A stretch of 33,152 bases of DNA, filler included, from Fonticula-like sp. SCN 57-25 (Eukaryota): NCBI GenBank assembly GCA_001724245.1. It is 3 parts of 3 records of this genome, joined end to end, with 100 filler letters (N's around TTAATTAATTAA, not from the genome) between each part and the next. Parts side by side here need not be neighbours in the genome. Positions count along the whole stretch, not along the records: positions 27,401 to 33,152 come from MEDX01000749.1; 2 more parts are not named here. One strand, written 5' to 3'. A program made the translations under genes and the position numbers. This document shows, one piece after another, positions 31,576-33,152 of this stretch (its first letter is position 1; each line of letters starts with the position of its first letter). The notes below the pieces were generated by a model. The model saw nothing but the letters and a program-made list of their open reading frames with translations. It made no database searches and was not told where the DNA came from.

Positions 31576-33152
31576 CTAGACGGGCAAAGGAACGCGGCGG
31601 CGGTAACGAATGCGCTCCTTGTGCGGCATGACAACAAGCGAAGACTATTATAGTGTTAGACACGCAGAAATGCATAGAGAGATTATGTCCATAAAACATC
31701 AAATTACGACCATAAAACAAACTATGAAATGTCACAAAACGACCACAAAATTACACATTTCGACCCATTTAACCACATTTTCAACCACAAAAACAATACT
31801 TTTAACCCCAATTCCGCTCACTTCCACCCAAATTACGTACGAAATCCGCATTGGGCACCGGCCCATCCGCCTCAAACTCAAAGTCCCTCACGAGCGTCGC
31901 CCACACCGCCTTCAGCTGCAAGTACGCAAACGGCTCACCAATACAGCGGTGCCTTCCCGCGCCAAACGGCACATAACTAAAGCGCCCCTCTGGCGTCGCA
32001 TCTTCAGCGCGCCCTTCCTCATAGCGCGCCGGGTCAAACTTGAGCGCGCCCTCAAAGACGCTTTCCTGGCGCTGCGAGACGGTCGGCGAGGCGGCCACGT
32101 ACACGCCGGCGGGGATGGAAAAGCCGTCAATGGTCGTGTCGACCATGACCTTGCGCATGACTTGAAAGATGGGCGGGTGCAGGCGAAGCACTTCCTTGAT
32201 GAGGTTGTCCATAAAGGTGAACTGCTTGACGTGGTTGTAGGTCAAATGGTCAAGATCGTCGCCGCAAACGTCCTTCATCTCGGCGAGAATGCGCTTCTGG
32301 TACTCGGGGTAGCGGCTGATGTAGTGGCCCATCCAGGTGCCAGTTGTCGATGACGTGTGCTGGCCGGCCATGAGAAGGGCGATCAAAAGGTGAGCCACTT
32401 CGTTCTCGCCGAGCTTGTAGCCGTTCTTGTACGACGCATTCAGGAGCGTCTGAAGCATATCAGTGTGCTCCTAAAAGACAAAAAAACGTCGTTAAAACAC
32501 ACTTAAAAGGCATAAATTGCATGAAAATGCACAAAATTGCGTACCGCGTTGCTGTCAGAGAGGCGCTGGCGGATGACGCCGACGAAAATGTCGCGCATCT
32601 TGGTGTGCGCAGCGTCGCGGCGGCGGTTGGCGGGAAGCGGCAGGCCGGGGAACAAAAAGTTGACGGGCGTGAAGCCGCCGTCAAGGTCCTTGTACAGGTC
32701 GGCCACTGCGCGAGCACGGCGTCAGCAGGCGCGGCTAAAAACTTTGTACACGTACCCTTCTCGTCGAGGACGCTGCGGATCTCCTCGCCCATGAGGCAGC
32801 GGCTGGCCGTCATGATCGTCACCTCAGAAATGGTCTGCAAGAGGTCGGCCTCGCCCTCGTTGCCCCAGCGCTTAAAGTAGTGCTCGACCTCCTCGACCAT
32901 CAGCGGCACGTACGAGTTGAACACTTCGGTCGTGAGGCCGCCCTTGATCATCTTTTTCTGCTCGACGAGGACAGAGTTGGGCACGTCGTACACGACGCCT
33001 TCGCCGAATACGGGGACGGTAAGGGAGGCGTAGGCGTTCTGCGCGCTGAAATCCTCTTCGCGCGCATTGAAAAAGATCTCGTTGGCGCGGGAGCCCATCA
33101 CGTAAACAACCTTGCGGCCAAACATGTGCAGCATGAAAATGTTGCCCAGCTA
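31576..33152 (-). CDS. CYP51: Sterol 14-alpha-demethylase, 5'-truncated by the window
   Basis: 'YASLTVPVFGEGVVYD', 'LDGGFTPVNF', 'LLMAGQHTS', 'KEVLRLHPP', heme motif 'FGAGRHRCIG'; last exon SSLVVMPH..V*. Confidence 0.97.

Noticed and set aside
27401-33152. IVD, thiolase-like and CYP51 as one cluster with the ufaD/ufaO-like pair
   Set aside because: Separated by a gap and unrelated genes; the pathways and compartments differ.
1-33152. U12-type or non-GT-AG introns, or an alternative genetic code
   Set aside because: All reconstructed introns are GT-AG and all genes read with the standard code.

Overview
Compact, intron-rich eukaryotic nuclear DNA (GTRCG donors, CTRAC branch points, mostly 45-60 nt introns) in three contigs joined by 100-nt N44-TTAATTAATTAA-N44 spacers. 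The gene content (fungal-like Arp9 and RRG7 candidates, Leu-type CYP51, plus a PNPase-like gene) suggests a microbial opisthokont, possibly an early-branching holomycotan; this is inference only. About 18 protein genes can be reconstructed by hand: PNPase-like, Nup50, MRPL46, a WH2/polyproline protein, V-ATPase H, MPC1, an SDR, an orphan HExxH protein, MIX23, RRG7-like, an actin-related protein, a COG2907 FAD oxidoreductase, a DUF1365 fusion, DDX54, Josephin, IVD, a thiolase-like protein and CYP51. Also present are a U6 snRNA gene, two defective 5S rRNA copies and a P-element-like transposase relic. Highlights: (1) a head-to-head pair resembling the bacterial furan-fatty-acid ufaD/ufaO module, with a PTS1 on the FAD enzyme and a degenerate cyclopropane-synthase-like domain fused to DUF1365; (2) a PNPase-like protein lacking all canonical catalytic residues while keeping KH and S1; (3) a U6 with a 1-nt insertion in the catalytic stem-loop; (4) two 5S copies disrupted at the same position. 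All family calls come from remembered motifs, not database searches.
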